This document shows, in pieces, positions 18,033-27,427 of a DNA stretch of 64,000 nucleotides; position 1 is the stretch's first letter; every line of letters starts with the position of its first letter. The notes beneath the pieces were generated by a model. That model saw only the letters and a list, made by a program, of their open reading frames with translations, did no database searches and had not been told where the DNA came from. Made by a program: the position numbers and the translations under genes. The stretch comes from Alphaproteobacteria bacterium (GTDB taxonomy: Bacteria; Pseudomonadota; Alphaproteobacteria; UBA828), in the NCBI GenBank assembly GCA_963667785.2, contig CAXXMU010000006.1:768001-832000 (forward strand), in the 5' to 3' direction.

Positions 18033-20207
18033 CTAGTTCGCGGTCATGGACGCGTTCTCCCGTCCCCAGATCATGCGCTCGCGGAGGAAGGGCTGCGGCC
18101 GCCGCGGATTCTCCGATTCGAACTCCCGGGCGAGGCGGTGCGCGTCGAAGATGGCGTCGCCGGTCAGCCGCGGCGCGTAGCAGTCGCCGGCCTGGTAGAT
18201 GCCCGCGATCCCTTCGTCCTCCCACCTGTCGCGACGCTCCCAGAGCGACTTGTAGAGCTCGCTGTTCGCGAGCCGCGCCGTGACCAGGATCACGGTGTCG
18301 GCGTCGATGGTCTGGGTCTCCTCGCCCATCTTGCGCACGTGCTCGCCGGGCCGGGGCTCGACGGTGCGCCTGTAGCCGTCGCGTGAGAGGCTGAAGAGCT
18401 TCACCTTCACCACGTTGCCCGGATCGCACTCCTCCACCCACGTGCCGCCGTACTGGGCGATGCCCTTCTCGTGCAGCATGCGATGCAGGTTGGGCGCCTC
18501 CAGGGTGTACTCCATCAGCGGCGCGGCCTCGGAGAACTGGGTGACGATCGACACCTGCTTGCCCCGGTCGGCCAGCATCTCCGCCATGCTGACGCCGGTG
18601 AAGTACCCGTCGGCATCGAGGATGACGACGCGCTCGCCGACGTCCTTGCCCGCCATGACCTGTTCGGGCGTCGCGAAGTGGGGTGCCGTCGCATCGATCC
18701 CCGGAACCGGCGCCATCGTGATGTGGCTGAAGCCGTCCGCCGCCCAGCGGGAGCCCGTGCAGAGCACCACCTTGTCGGCGCCGTAGGTCAGCACGTCGTC
18801 CGATCCGAGGCGGGCGTTCGTGTGCACCTCGACGTTCCTGAGCTTGTCGAGCTGCGCCTGCCGGTAGCTGGTGATGCGGCCCCATTCCGCCATGCCCGGA
18901 TAGCGCATGACGTCGCGGACGTGCCCGCCGATCTCGGAGCCCGCCTCGCAGACATGCACGTCGTAGCCCCGGCCTCCCAGGACACGGGCGCACTCGGTCC
19001 CGGCAGGGCCCGCGCCGACGACGAGAACCGATCCCGCGTCCTCGACGTGATCGAACTTCTCCGGGTGCCAGCCGCGGCGATACTCCTCGTTGGCCACCGG
19101 GTTCTGCGTGCAGACCAGCGCCGTGCCCCGCTCCCATCGCGAGATGCAGATGTTGCAGCCGATGCACTCGCGGATGTCCTCGAGCCGTCCTTCCTCGATC
19201 TTCTGGGGCAGGAAGGGATCGGCGATCGAGGGGCGGGCGCCGCCGATGATGTCTGCCTGACCGGAGCTGATCACCTGCACCATGTCGTCCGGACTGGTGA
19301 AGCGCCCCACGTTGATCACCGGCACCTTGGCGACGCTCTTCACGTGCCTGGTGAACGGCGCCTGGTGGTTGACCTTGTAGAAGCGCGACGGGCCGGCGTC
19401 TTCGCCCCATTCGCTGAAGGTGGAGACGTTCACGTCCCAGAGATCCACCAGGCCGCGCCGGGTGGCGAGATCGATGAAGCCGATGCCGTCGTCTTCCGCC
19501 TGCACGCCGTCCGGCCCCATGATCTGGTCGATCGAGATGCGCACGGCGATCGCGCACTCGTGGCCGACGGCTCCCTTCACCTTCTCGATGGTCTCCAGCC
19601 AGAAGCGCGCGCGGTTCTCGAAGGACCCGCCGTACTTGTCGGTCCGCTTGTTGTAGAAGCGCGAGAGGAACTGCACCGGCAGGACGCCGTGCGAGCCGTA
19701 GACGTACACGATGTCGAAGCCGGCCTGCACGGCCCGCTTCGCGGATTCGACGTACATGTCCTGAAGCTCGACGATCTCGTCCTCGTCGGGCTCGTGCGAG
19801 TAGGTGCCGATCGACCAGTCCGAGGTCGATTGCGTGGGCGACGACGGCGCGGCCCGGGTCTCCAGGTTCGCCGACGCGGACCCCATGTGCCAGAGCTCGA
19901 CGCCGGCGAGCGCGTCCCACTTGTGCAGGCTGTCGCACATGTGCCGCAGATTGATGATGTCGCCGTCGTCCCAGAGACAGGCCAGCACGCCCGGCGAGGT
20001 GTCGGCCTCATGGTCGATCGAGCACGCCTCCGTGCAGACGCCGCCCCAGCCGCCCTCGGCCTTCATGCCCCGAAACGCGGCTTGCGTACCCGGCCGCTCC
20101 GAACCCGCGCCGTTGCAGTGCGGCACCTGGTAGAAGCGGTTCTTCATCGTCTTCGGGCCGAACCGGATGGGCTCGAAGAGGATGTCGTACTTGGGGTCTC
20201 GCGCCAT
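18033..20207 (-). CDS. Trimethylamine dehydrogenase-like flavoprotein (paralog 3, closest to the TMADH motifs)
   Basis: MARDPKYDILFEPI, YQVPHC, YVYGSH, EWGEDAGPSRFY, CIGCNICISRWE, EEYRRGWHPEKF. Confidence 0.92.
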   Translation of the reverse strand: MARDPKYDILFEPIRFGPKTMKNRFYQVPHCNGAGSERPGTQAAFRGMKAEGGWGGVCTEACSIDHEADTSPGVLACLWDDGDIINLRHMCDSLHKWDALAGVELWHMGSASANLETRAAPSSPTQSTSDWSIGTYSHEPDEDEIVELQDMYVESAKRAVQAGFDIVYVYGSHGVLPVQFLSRFYNKRTDKYGGSFENRARFWLETIEKVKGAVGHECAIAVRISIDQIMGPDGVQAEDDGIGFIDLATRRGLVDLWDVNVSTFSEWGEDAGPSRFYKVNHQAPFTRHVKSVAKVPVINVGRFTSPDDMVQVISSGQADIIGGARPSIADPFLPQKIEEGRLEDIRECIGCNICISRWERGTALVCTQNPVANEEYRRGWHPEKFDHVEDAGSVLVVGAGPAGTECARVLGGRGYDVHVCEAGSEIGGHVRDVMRYPGMAEWGRITSYRQAQLDKLRNVEVHTNARLGSDDVLTYGADKVVLCTGSRWAADGFSHITMAPVPGIDATAPHFATPEQVMAGKDVGERVVILDADGYFTGVSMAEMLADRGKQVSIVTQFSEAAPLMEYTLEAPNLHRMLHEKGIAQYGGTWVEECDPGNVVKVKLFSLSRDGYRRTVEPRPGEHVRKMGEETQTIDADTVILVTARLANSELYKSLWERRDRWEDEGIAGIYQAGDCYAPRLTGDAIFDAHRLAREFESENPRRPQPFLRERMIWGRENASMTAN

Positions 20208-20366
20208 GCGTGCACTCCCTCACTGACCGGACCAAGGCATGCGTCCTGCTCGGCAACTCAGCAGCTTAGGTGGCTTCGAATCGGCAGGCAAGCACGTGCT
20301 AGCTCAGCCCCGCGCGACGCCAGGTTCGCGCTCCGCCGCCGCACGCGGCGCAGGGGCCGCCGTCCG

Positions 20367-20672
20367 TCAGAAGTAGAAAAGCTGCTCCTGCGTGACGCCC
20401 TCTTCCCCGAAACTGATCAAGCCGGCGCCGACGACGTCTCCGACCTGCCACTTGCACCATGCGGTGCCGCCCTCGACCACCACATCGGTGATGTCCATCC
20501 TGTCGCCGATCTTTCTCAACTCGGCGATATAGCCCGGCAGGTCGTTCTTTCCGTAGACGGCGCCGTCCTTGTCCAGAAGCCTGTAGTCGTCAGTCACGTT
20601 TGCGGCGATTTCTGCAGCGTCCAGGCCGCTGAAGCCGCCGGCATATCCACCCAACTTGTCCGCTGCCGACAT
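20367..20672 (-). CDS. Small SnoaL/NTF2-like protein
   Basis: About 100 aa with an NTF2-like pattern (DAAEIAANVTDDY..VYGKNDLPGY..VVVEGGTAWCKW). Confidence 0.6.
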   Translation of the reverse strand: MSAADKLGGYAGGFSGLDAAEIAANVTDDYRLLDKDGAVYGKNDLPGYIAELRKIGDRMDITDVVVEGGTAWCKWQVGDVVGAGLISFGEEGVTQEQLFYF

Positions 20673-20790
20673 GTCACTCTTCTCCAGCACGTGTTGTGGT
20701 CATGCGAGATAACCGGTCCCTTCTGTTGTCGCGCAACGGCCGTTGCCGCACAAGCGCGGCCTCTCCGGGTTCCCGGCCGTAAATCGTCGT

Positions 20791-21660
20791 TCAGGCGTGC
20801 GCGCCATTCAGGAACGTGTCGATATCGGGGGTGCGATAACCGTCGCGGGTCCACAGCACCGGAAAGTAGTTCTCGTCGATGGTGTTGTCGCCGAGGCGCT
20901 TGTAGCGGCTGTAGATCGAGCCGACACCCTGACCCAGGCGGTCGGGAACGTAGCGCGTGTCGCTTCGCATGGCGTGCAGCACGAGAGAGCGACGGGGGAC
21001 CGCCGCGGTGTTGTCGCCCGAGCCGTGCCAGGTCCATCCGTGGTGGAAGGAGCCCCCGCCCCTAGGAACCTCCACGTGGACGATTTCCGGCTCGACCCCC
21101 TCCCTGGCCGCGGCCAGCTCCATGTACTTGCGGTAGTCCTTGGGGCCGTGGAACTCGCCTTCGGGGAGCGAGTGGCGCCAGCGGTGCGAGCCGCGCACGA
21201 ATTCGAGCGTGCCTGCATCGGCCCTGGTGTCGTCGAGCGCCATCCAGCAGCTCAGCAGCTCGGTCGGCTGGAACCAGTGCAGGTAGGCGTTGTCCTGGTG
21301 GAGCGCCAGCGGCCGTGTGCCGGGCGGCTTCCACAGCACGTTGTCCACCATCAGTCGCGCGCCCGGCCAGCCGCCGAGCGTGGCGATCGCCCTGCCCAGG
21401 TCGGCTCGCATGACCACCGACGCGATCGTCCGATCGGCCTTCCATGCGTTGCAGATCTGCCGGGTGAGCGATGGATCGCTCTCGCCTTCCTGCCAGTTGA
21501 CCTCGTCCGGCAGGACTCCGGTTTCGAATTCGCCGCGAAAGAGCCTCTCGTAGCGCGCGCTCACCGCCTCGACCGTCTCGTCATCGATCAGCCTGTCGAC
21601 GACCAGAAAGCCGTCTTCGTTGAACCGGTCGATCTGTGCGGGCGTGAGCTCGAATGCCAT
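20791..21660 (-). CDS. PhyH-family Fe(II)/2-oxoglutarate dioxygenase
   Basis: LTPAQIDRFNEDGFL, LHQDNAY, WMALDD..GTLEFVRGSH, WHGSGDN. Confidence 0.9.
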   Translation of the reverse strand: MAFELTPAQIDRFNEDGFLVVDRLIDDETVEAVSARYERLFRGEFETGVLPDEVNWQEGESDPSLTRQICNAWKADRTIASVVMRADLGRAIATLGGWPGARLMVDNVLWKPPGTRPLALHQDNAYLHWFQPTELLSCWMALDDTRADAGTLEFVRGSHRWRHSLPEGEFHGPKDYRKYMELAAAREGVEPEIVHVEVPRGGGSFHHGWTWHGSGDNTAAVPRRSLVLHAMRSDTRYVPDRLGQGVGSIYSRYKRLGDNTIDENYFPVLWTRDGYRTPDIDTFLNGAHA

Positions 21661-21681
21661 CTGCGCGCCTCCTGCGCCCCG

Positions 21682-23148
21682 TCAGGGCAGGCAGTCCAGG
21701 TACATGTTCACATCCCAGTCGGAGACTTGCCAGATGAACTTGTTCCACTCGTCGCGCTTGTAGACGTCGTAGACCCGGTAGAGGTCGCCGGGGAGGGCGG
21801 ACCTGATCACCGCGTCGTCGGCCAGCGCGTCGAGCGCGTCGCGCAGGGTGGTGGGAATCCGCTCGATGGCTTCGCCTGCGTTGAGCAGGTCGACGAAGTT
21901 GCGGTCCTCGGGCTCCCCCGGATCGATTCGGTTCCTGATGCCGTCGTCGATGGCCTTCAGCAGCGCCGCCTGCATCAGGTAGGGATTGACCATGCTGTCC
22001 ACGCAGCGGAACTCCAGCCGGTCCGGGCTCGAGACGCGAATGGCGCAGGACCTGTTCTGCAGTCCCCAGCCTGCGCCGACCGGCGCCCACAGGCCCGTGT
22101 CGTTCAGCCGCCGGTAGGAGTTCACCGTGGACGAGCCGATGGCCACCAGCGCGTTGATGTGCGCGAGCATGCCGCCCAGCGCGTGGCGGCCGAGCTCCGA
22201 CGGCATCCAGGCGTGGTCCGGGTTGTCGATCTCGTTGGTGCCGCCTCTGCGGTAGGTGAAGACCTCGTCCATCGCCGGCTGGCCGTGGCGGCCGATCGCC
22301 TCGACCGCATCCTCGCCGCCCCGCCATAGCGAGAGGTTGTGGTGGCAGCCGTTGCCCGACAGGCTCATGTAGGGCTTGGACATGAACACCGCGATCAGCC
22401 CGCACTCGCGCGCCACCTGCGCGCAGAGCTGGCGGTAGCTGGTCAGGCGGTCGCTGGTGCGAAGCGCGTCGTCGTACTGAAAATTCATCTCGACCATGCC
22501 GGGGGCGTCCTCGTGATCCGCCTGGATCATGTCGAGGCCCATCGCCGTCCCGTACTCGTAGAGCTTCAGCCAGACCTCCTGGAGCTGCTCGAACTGATCG
22601 ATGTGGTAGGCGTAGGGCTTGGTCGTCTCGAGATAGGGCTTCTCGCCGTCGCCCGGCTTCAGCCACAGCATCTCGGGCTCGCAGCCGACACGCATGTGCA
22701 GGCCGTCATGATCCTGCCGGAACGCGTCGTGGACGCGCCGCAGGTTTCCCCGTGAATCCGAGTCGAGATACTCCTCGGGACGCTCCGGATCCTCCCGGCT
22801 GAAAAACACCGTGCAGAAGACCCTGGCGACGCGCTTGTTCCAGGGAAGCTGGCAGAAGGTCTCGGGGTCCGGGAGGGCGAGAAGCTCGGACGCGTTGGCG
22901 GGAAACCCGATCAGCTCGCCGTCCCTGTCGGCGACGACGTTGGTGATGCCGCCGATCCAGGTCTGCATCCCCTCCCGGGCCGCACGCTCCCAGTGCTTGG
23001 CCGGGATCATCTTGCCCATGATGCGGCCGGTGATCGAAATATACTGGTAGTAGATGGCGTCGATCTTGAGCGCGTCGATCTTCTTGCGAACCTCCGCAAC
23101 CAGCACGTCGCGGGCCGGATCGTTCAAGTAGTCCTGCAGGTCGCTCAT
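21682..23148 (-). CDS. Glutamine synthetase-family (gamma-glutamyl-amine ligase-like) protein
   Basis: GCEPE, DHEDAPGMVEMN, KPYMSLSGNGCHHNLSLW, NSYRRL, RLEFR; start MSDLQDY. Confidence 0.88.
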   Translation of the reverse strand: MSDLQDYLNDPARDVLVAEVRKKIDALKIDAIYYQYISITGRIMGKMIPAKHWERAAREGMQTWIGGITNVVADRDGELIGFPANASELLALPDPETFCQLPWNKRVARVFCTVFFSREDPERPEEYLDSDSRGNLRRVHDAFRQDHDGLHMRVGCEPEMLWLKPGDGEKPYLETTKPYAYHIDQFEQLQEVWLKLYEYGTAMGLDMIQADHEDAPGMVEMNFQYDDALRTSDRLTSYRQLCAQVARECGLIAVFMSKPYMSLSGNGCHHNLSLWRGGEDAVEAIGRHGQPAMDEVFTYRRGGTNEIDNPDHAWMPSELGRHALGGMLAHINALVAIGSSTVNSYRRLNDTGLWAPVGAGWGLQNRSCAIRVSSPDRLEFRCVDSMVNPYLMQAALLKAIDDGIRNRIDPGEPEDRNFVDLLNAGEAIERIPTTLRDALDALADDAVIRSALPGDLYRVYDVYKRDEWNKFIWQVSDWDVNMYLDCLP

Positions 23149-23162
23149 CGTCGTTGCGAGCC

Positions 23163-24524
23163 CTAGACGACTTCGAGGTATCTGGCGCGCTCGGCGGCGC
23201 TGGTCTCGCGGCGCAGCGCGGCCTCCTCCTGGCGGCACGCTTCGACGAGATGCTGCACGAACGTCTCTCCCCAGATTTCGCCCGCGCGATCGGAGCGGGC
23301 GAGTCGGTCCGTGGCTTCGAAGAGGTCGTGGGGCAGCGCCGCGCCCCCAGCGACCGTAAGACCCGGCCCCCCGCCGGTCAATTCGGGTGGGAGCTCGGCG
23401 TCCGACTCGAGGCCCCAGAGCCCCGCGCCCAGCACGAACGCAAGGGCCATGAAGGGATTGATGTCGGAGCCGGGCAACCGGTACTCGAGCCGGCATCGCT
23501 CCGCCGGCTCGGGCACCACGCGGACCGCGGCGGCATAGTTCTGCACGGCCCAGGACGCCGTCTTCGGCGCCCAGTTCTGCGGCGCGTGGCGGCGGTAGGC
23601 GTTGGCGGTGTGGTGGGTCAGCGGCATCGCTTCGGGCGCGAGCGCGACCAGCCCCGCCACGAAGGAGCGGAAGGTGCGGCTCATGCCTTTCTCGTCGGCC
23701 GGATCGGGGAACAGGTCTTCGCCCGTTTCACGCTCGGTCAGCGACAGGTGGATGTGGCCCGACAAGCCCGGAGACTCGCCGCCGAGCTGCGCCATGAACG
23801 ACGCCGTCTTGCCCTGCCGCCGGCAATACGCCTTCGTCAGGAGCTTGAAGAACGCTGCGCTGTCGGCGGCGCGCAGCGGGTCGCCGTGACCGAGAGTGGC
23901 TTCGAAGCATCCCGGTCCGAGCTCGAGGCCGAGCGCCAGCACGTCGATGTCGCCCTCGACGAGAACCCGCTCCAGGCTCGCCACGAAATCCGCGTACGTC
24001 GCCGCGCTCTCCCCGGCCCAGCAGCGGTTGTCCTTGGCGAACATGTCGAGGGCCTGAAATCCCGAGTCTCTCAGGGTGTCGGCATCGTCGTCGAGCACCA
24101 GGAACTCGAACTCGAAGGCGGCCCGCACTCCCAGGCCCCGGTCGCGGGCCTTCGCCACCAATCGTTGCAGCAGCCGCCTCGGCGAGATTTCGGCGGAGGG
24201 GCCGATGTAGTCGGCGACGAGGGCGCAGGCGTTGGGCTCGAAGGGATACGGGCGGAGCGACGCAGGATCGATCGCGATCGGCTCGCCGACGAACGGGCCG
24301 GCACCGAAGACCCGCTCCCCGGTGTCCCATTCGTACACGACGTTGACGAATGTTCCGCCCGGTCCGAACAGCTCCGCGAGGTCGGCGACCCCGACGCGGC
24401 GCTCGCGGAAGGTGGCATTCAAGTCGAATATGCCGACGTGGGCGACGTCGCAGGAGTCGTCCCCCAACTTCCTTACCAGAGCGGTCAAGTCTTGAACTTC
24501 GAGGCCGGCAGCCTCACGCGCCAT
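23163..24524 (-). CDS. Glutamine synthetase-family (PuuA-like) protein
   Basis: FEFEF, ELGPGCFE, SGHIHLSL, NAYRR, RLEYRLPGSDINP. Confidence 0.85.
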   Translation of the reverse strand: MAREAAGLEVQDLTALVRKLGDDSCDVAHVGIFDLNATFRERRVGVADLAELFGPGGTFVNVVYEWDTGERVFGAGPFVGEPIAIDPASLRPYPFEPNACALVADYIGPSAEISPRRLLQRLVAKARDRGLGVRAAFEFEFLVLDDDADTLRDSGFQALDMFAKDNRCWAGESAATYADFVASLERVLVEGDIDVLALGLELGPGCFEATLGHGDPLRAADSAAFFKLLTKAYCRRQGKTASFMAQLGGESPGLSGHIHLSLTERETGEDLFPDPADEKGMSRTFRSFVAGLVALAPEAMPLTHHTANAYRRHAPQNWAPKTASWAVQNYAAAVRVVPEPAERCRLEYRLPGSDINPFMALAFVLGAGLWGLESDAELPPELTGGGPGLTVAGGAALPHDLFEATDRLARSDRAGEIWGETFVQHLVEACRQEEAALRRETSAAERARYLEVV

Positions 24525-24769
24525 GGTCGTTTTCTCCTCCTACCGGTCGCCAATCGGGTCACACATGCTCTTATCGCGCGGTGCTTGCGTTCTCAGGCTG
24601 CAGCGCACGGACGATATCGAGTCCGACCGGCTCTCGCGGGGCCGGCCTCTGCGAATGTTAGTTGAGCGCCGCCGGCAAGGCCATTTCGGAAGTCACCGTT
24701 CGAGCGCGCGCGGATACGCGCGAGCGCGCGATGCGAGCGCCCGGCGCCTGAGGGATACGCAGGCCTCGG

Positions 24770-26260
24770 CTACTTGTCGATGTCGCCCATGCACATGTAC
24801 TTGACCTCGAGGAACTCCTCGAGGCCGTAGTGCGAGCCCTCGCGGCCGATGCCGGATTCCTTCATGCCGCCGAAGGGCGCCACCTCGGTGGAGATGATTC
24901 CGGTGTTGATGCCGACGATGCCGTATTCGAGCTGCTCCGCCACCCGCCAGATGCGCCCGATGTCGCGGCTGTAGAAGTAGGCCGCGAGGCCGAACTCGGT
25001 GTCGTTGGCGAGCTGCACCGCCTCCTCGTCGGTCTCGAAGCGGAAGATCGGCGCGAGCGGGCCGAAGGTCTCCTCGCGGGCGACCTTCATCTGGGTGTTC
25101 ACGTTGGCGATCACGGTCGGCTCGAAGAAGTTGCCGCCGAGCGGGTGGCGCTTGCCGCCCTGGATCACCTCGGCCCCCTTGTCGACGGCGTCCTGGATAT
25201 GCTCCTCGACCTTGGCGACGGCGTCCGCGTCGATCAGCGGCCCCTGCTGGGTCTCGCCCTCGAGGCCGGGGCCGACGACCAGCTTCGACGAGGCCTCGGC
25301 CAGCCTCTCGGCGAAGGTGTCGTAGACGCCGCCCTGCACCAGGAAGCGGTTGGCGCAGACGCAGGTCTGGCCGGTGTTGCGGTACTTCGACTGGATCGCA
25401 CCGCTGATGGCGGAGTCCATGTCGGCATCGTCGAAGACGATGAAGGGCGCGTTGCCGCCGAGCTCCATCGAGACCTTCTTGACCGTGTGCGCGCACTGCT
25501 CGAGCAGCACCTTGCCGACCTCGGTCGAGCCGGTGAAGGAGAGCTTGCGCACGATGGGGTTGGCGGTCATCTCGCCGCCGACGTCGCCGGAGGGCCCCGT
25601 GATCACGTTGAAGACGCCGGCCGGGATGCCCGCCCGCTCGCCGAGCTCGCAGAGCGCGAGCGCGGAGAAGGGCGTCGCCGTCGCCGGCCGCGCGATCACG
25701 GTGCAGCCGGCGGCGAGCGCAGGCCCCGCCTTGCGCGTGATCATGGCATTGGGAAAGTTCCACGGCGTGATCATGCCGACGACGCCCACCGGCTCCTTCG
25801 TCACCACGATGCGGCGGTCGCTGAGATGCTGCGGGATCACGTCGCCATAGGCGCGCTTGCCCTCCTCGGCGAACCACTCGATGAAGGAGCCGCCATAGCC
25901 GATCTCGCCCCGCGATTCCGCCATCGGCTTGCCCTGCTCGGCGGTCATGATGATGGCGAGGTCCTCCTGGTTCGCCATCATCAGGTCGTACCACTTGCGG
26001 AGGATGGCCGCGCGCTCCTTGGCGGTCTTCGCGCGCCAGGCGGGGAAGGCCCGGTTCGCCGCCTCGATGGCGGCGCGGGTCTCGGCGGCGGAGAACGCCG
26101 GCACCGTGCCGATCACCTGGCCGTCCGCCGGGTTGACCACGTCCGTGGTGCGGCCCGACTTCGCATCGAGCCAGCGGCCGTCGACATAGCATTGCTGGCG
26201 GAAGAGCGACGGATCCTGGAGGAAGACGCCCTTCACGATCTCGGCGGCAGCGGTGGACAT
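24770..26260 (-). CDS. gabD: NAD(P)-dependent succinate-semialdehyde dehydrogenase
   Basis: ITPWNFPNAMITRKAGPALAAGC, FTGSTEVGK, MELGGNAP, GQTCVCANR, EETFGP. Confidence 0.92.
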   Translation of the reverse strand: MSTAAAEIVKGVFLQDPSLFRQQCYVDGRWLDAKSGRTTDVVNPADGQVIGTVPAFSAAETRAAIEAANRAFPAWRAKTAKERAAILRKWYDLMMANQEDLAIIMTAEQGKPMAESRGEIGYGGSFIEWFAEEGKRAYGDVIPQHLSDRRIVVTKEPVGVVGMITPWNFPNAMITRKAGPALAAGCTVIARPATATPFSALALCELGERAGIPAGVFNVITGPSGDVGGEMTANPIVRKLSFTGSTEVGKVLLEQCAHTVKKVSMELGGNAPFIVFDDADMDSAISGAIQSKYRNTGQTCVCANRFLVQGGVYDTFAERLAEASSKLVVGPGLEGETQQGPLIDADAVAKVEEHIQDAVDKGAEVIQGGKRHPLGGNFFEPTVIANVNTQMKVAREETFGPLAPIFRFETDEEAVQLANDTEFGLAAYFYSRDIGRIWRVAEQLEYGIVGINTGIISTEVAPFGGMKESGIGREGSHYGLEEFLEVKYMCMGDIDK

Positions 26261-26437
26261 GGTGCGGTCTCCCATCGTGTGCGGATGTGCGCGGATATGC
26301 GTGCGGCGCGCGCCGGGCCAACTCGCCCGCCGGCCCAAGGCAGTATCGCCGATGGGGCGCCGGGCCCGCAAGGCGTGCCCCGCCGGGAGCCCGGCGCCGG
26401 CCCCGCCGCCGTGACCCCGGCACGCATTCCGGGCTAG

Positions 26438-26701
26438 CCCGCATTTCTCACCACGGTCATGGTCTGCGCGGCGCCGTCCGGCCGACAGGGTAGGAGAAGC
26501 GCGCAGCGCGATGCGGGGACATCGGGCAAGCGCTTCGACGCACACTGTCGGCCGGAGAGCGTCGCCCTTCGGGTCGCGCCCAGGCGCCCGCACGCGTCGT
26601 CGCGGGCCTCAACCGTATTCCCCGATACGCTTTTCGCCCCGCTCCTGGCGGATCGAACGCCTGGACGCGACGCAGGTCGTGACCATGGTGAGAAATGCGG
26701 G
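26438..26701. mobile_element. 264-bp non-autonomous MITE-like element
   Basis: Perfect 16-bp terminal inverted repeats CCCGCATTTCTCACCA/TGGTGAGAAATGCGGG, flanked by CTAG and CTAA; no transposase ORF. Confidence 0.8.
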
Positions 26702-26713
26702 CTAAGGTGCGGC

Positions 26714-27427
26714 ATGGACGAACGGGGAGCGGCGCGGTGCGGGTGCCCGGACCGCCGGGCCTTCTGCACGGCCGGCGCGGCGGCAATTCTCGGCCTCGCC
26801 GCAGGCCCAGCCGCGGCCGCAACCTATCGGGAGGACAAGAGCCGGCGCGTACCGATCCGCGACCTGTGGTCGGGGGAGAGCCGCGACCTGGTCTACTGGC
26901 GCGACGGCGCCTACGACCGGCACGCGCTCGAGGCCTACAGCTACCTGCTGCGCGACCGGCGGAATGGCGAAGTCGCGCCGGTCTTCTACGGCCTGCTCGA
27001 CCAGCTCTTCTTCCTCTGGAAGGCGCTGGAGCGGCCCAGCCGCATCGACCTCGTCTCCGGCTACCGCTCGAGCCGCACCAACGCCTACCTCCGCGCCACC
27101 ACGGAAGGCGTCGCGCGCAACTCGCTGCACACCATCGGCATGGCGGCGGACATCAGGGTGCCCGGCATCGCGTCGGAGGCCGTCTGGCGCCGGGCGGTCG
27201 CGCTGAGAATGGGCGGCGCCGGCCTCTATCGCGCTTCCGACTTCGTCCACCTCGACGTGGGACCGGTGCGGAGCTGGGTCTTCGGCGAGCGCGCACCGGT
27301 CCGCTCGCAGGCCTCGGGCGACGTGGCGCTGCCGCCCCGGCGTCCCGACCGGCCCGGCGCGGCGGCCTCAGGAGAGGTGCTGCTCCCGCCGGAGCGTCCC
27401 GATCATCTCCGCCGTCATGGCGGCTAG
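26714..27427 (+). CDS. YcbK/DUF882 (MepK-like, peptidase M15) exported protein
   Basis: Tat-like RRAFC signal, LLRDRR, SGYRS..TN, SLH..GMAADI, GAGLY..SDFVHLDVGPVRSW. Confidence 0.85.
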   Translation: MDERGAARCGCPDRRAFCTAGAAAILGLAAGPAAAATYREDKSRRVPIRDLWSGESRDLVYWRDGAYDRHALEAYSYLLRDRRNGEVAPVFYGLLDQLFFLWKALERPSRIDLVSGYRSSRTNAYLRATTEGVARNSLHTIGMAADIRVPGIASEAVWRRAVALRMGGAGLYRASDFVHLDVGPVRSWVFGERAPVRSQASGDVALPPRRPDRPGAAASGEVLLPPERPDHLRRHGG

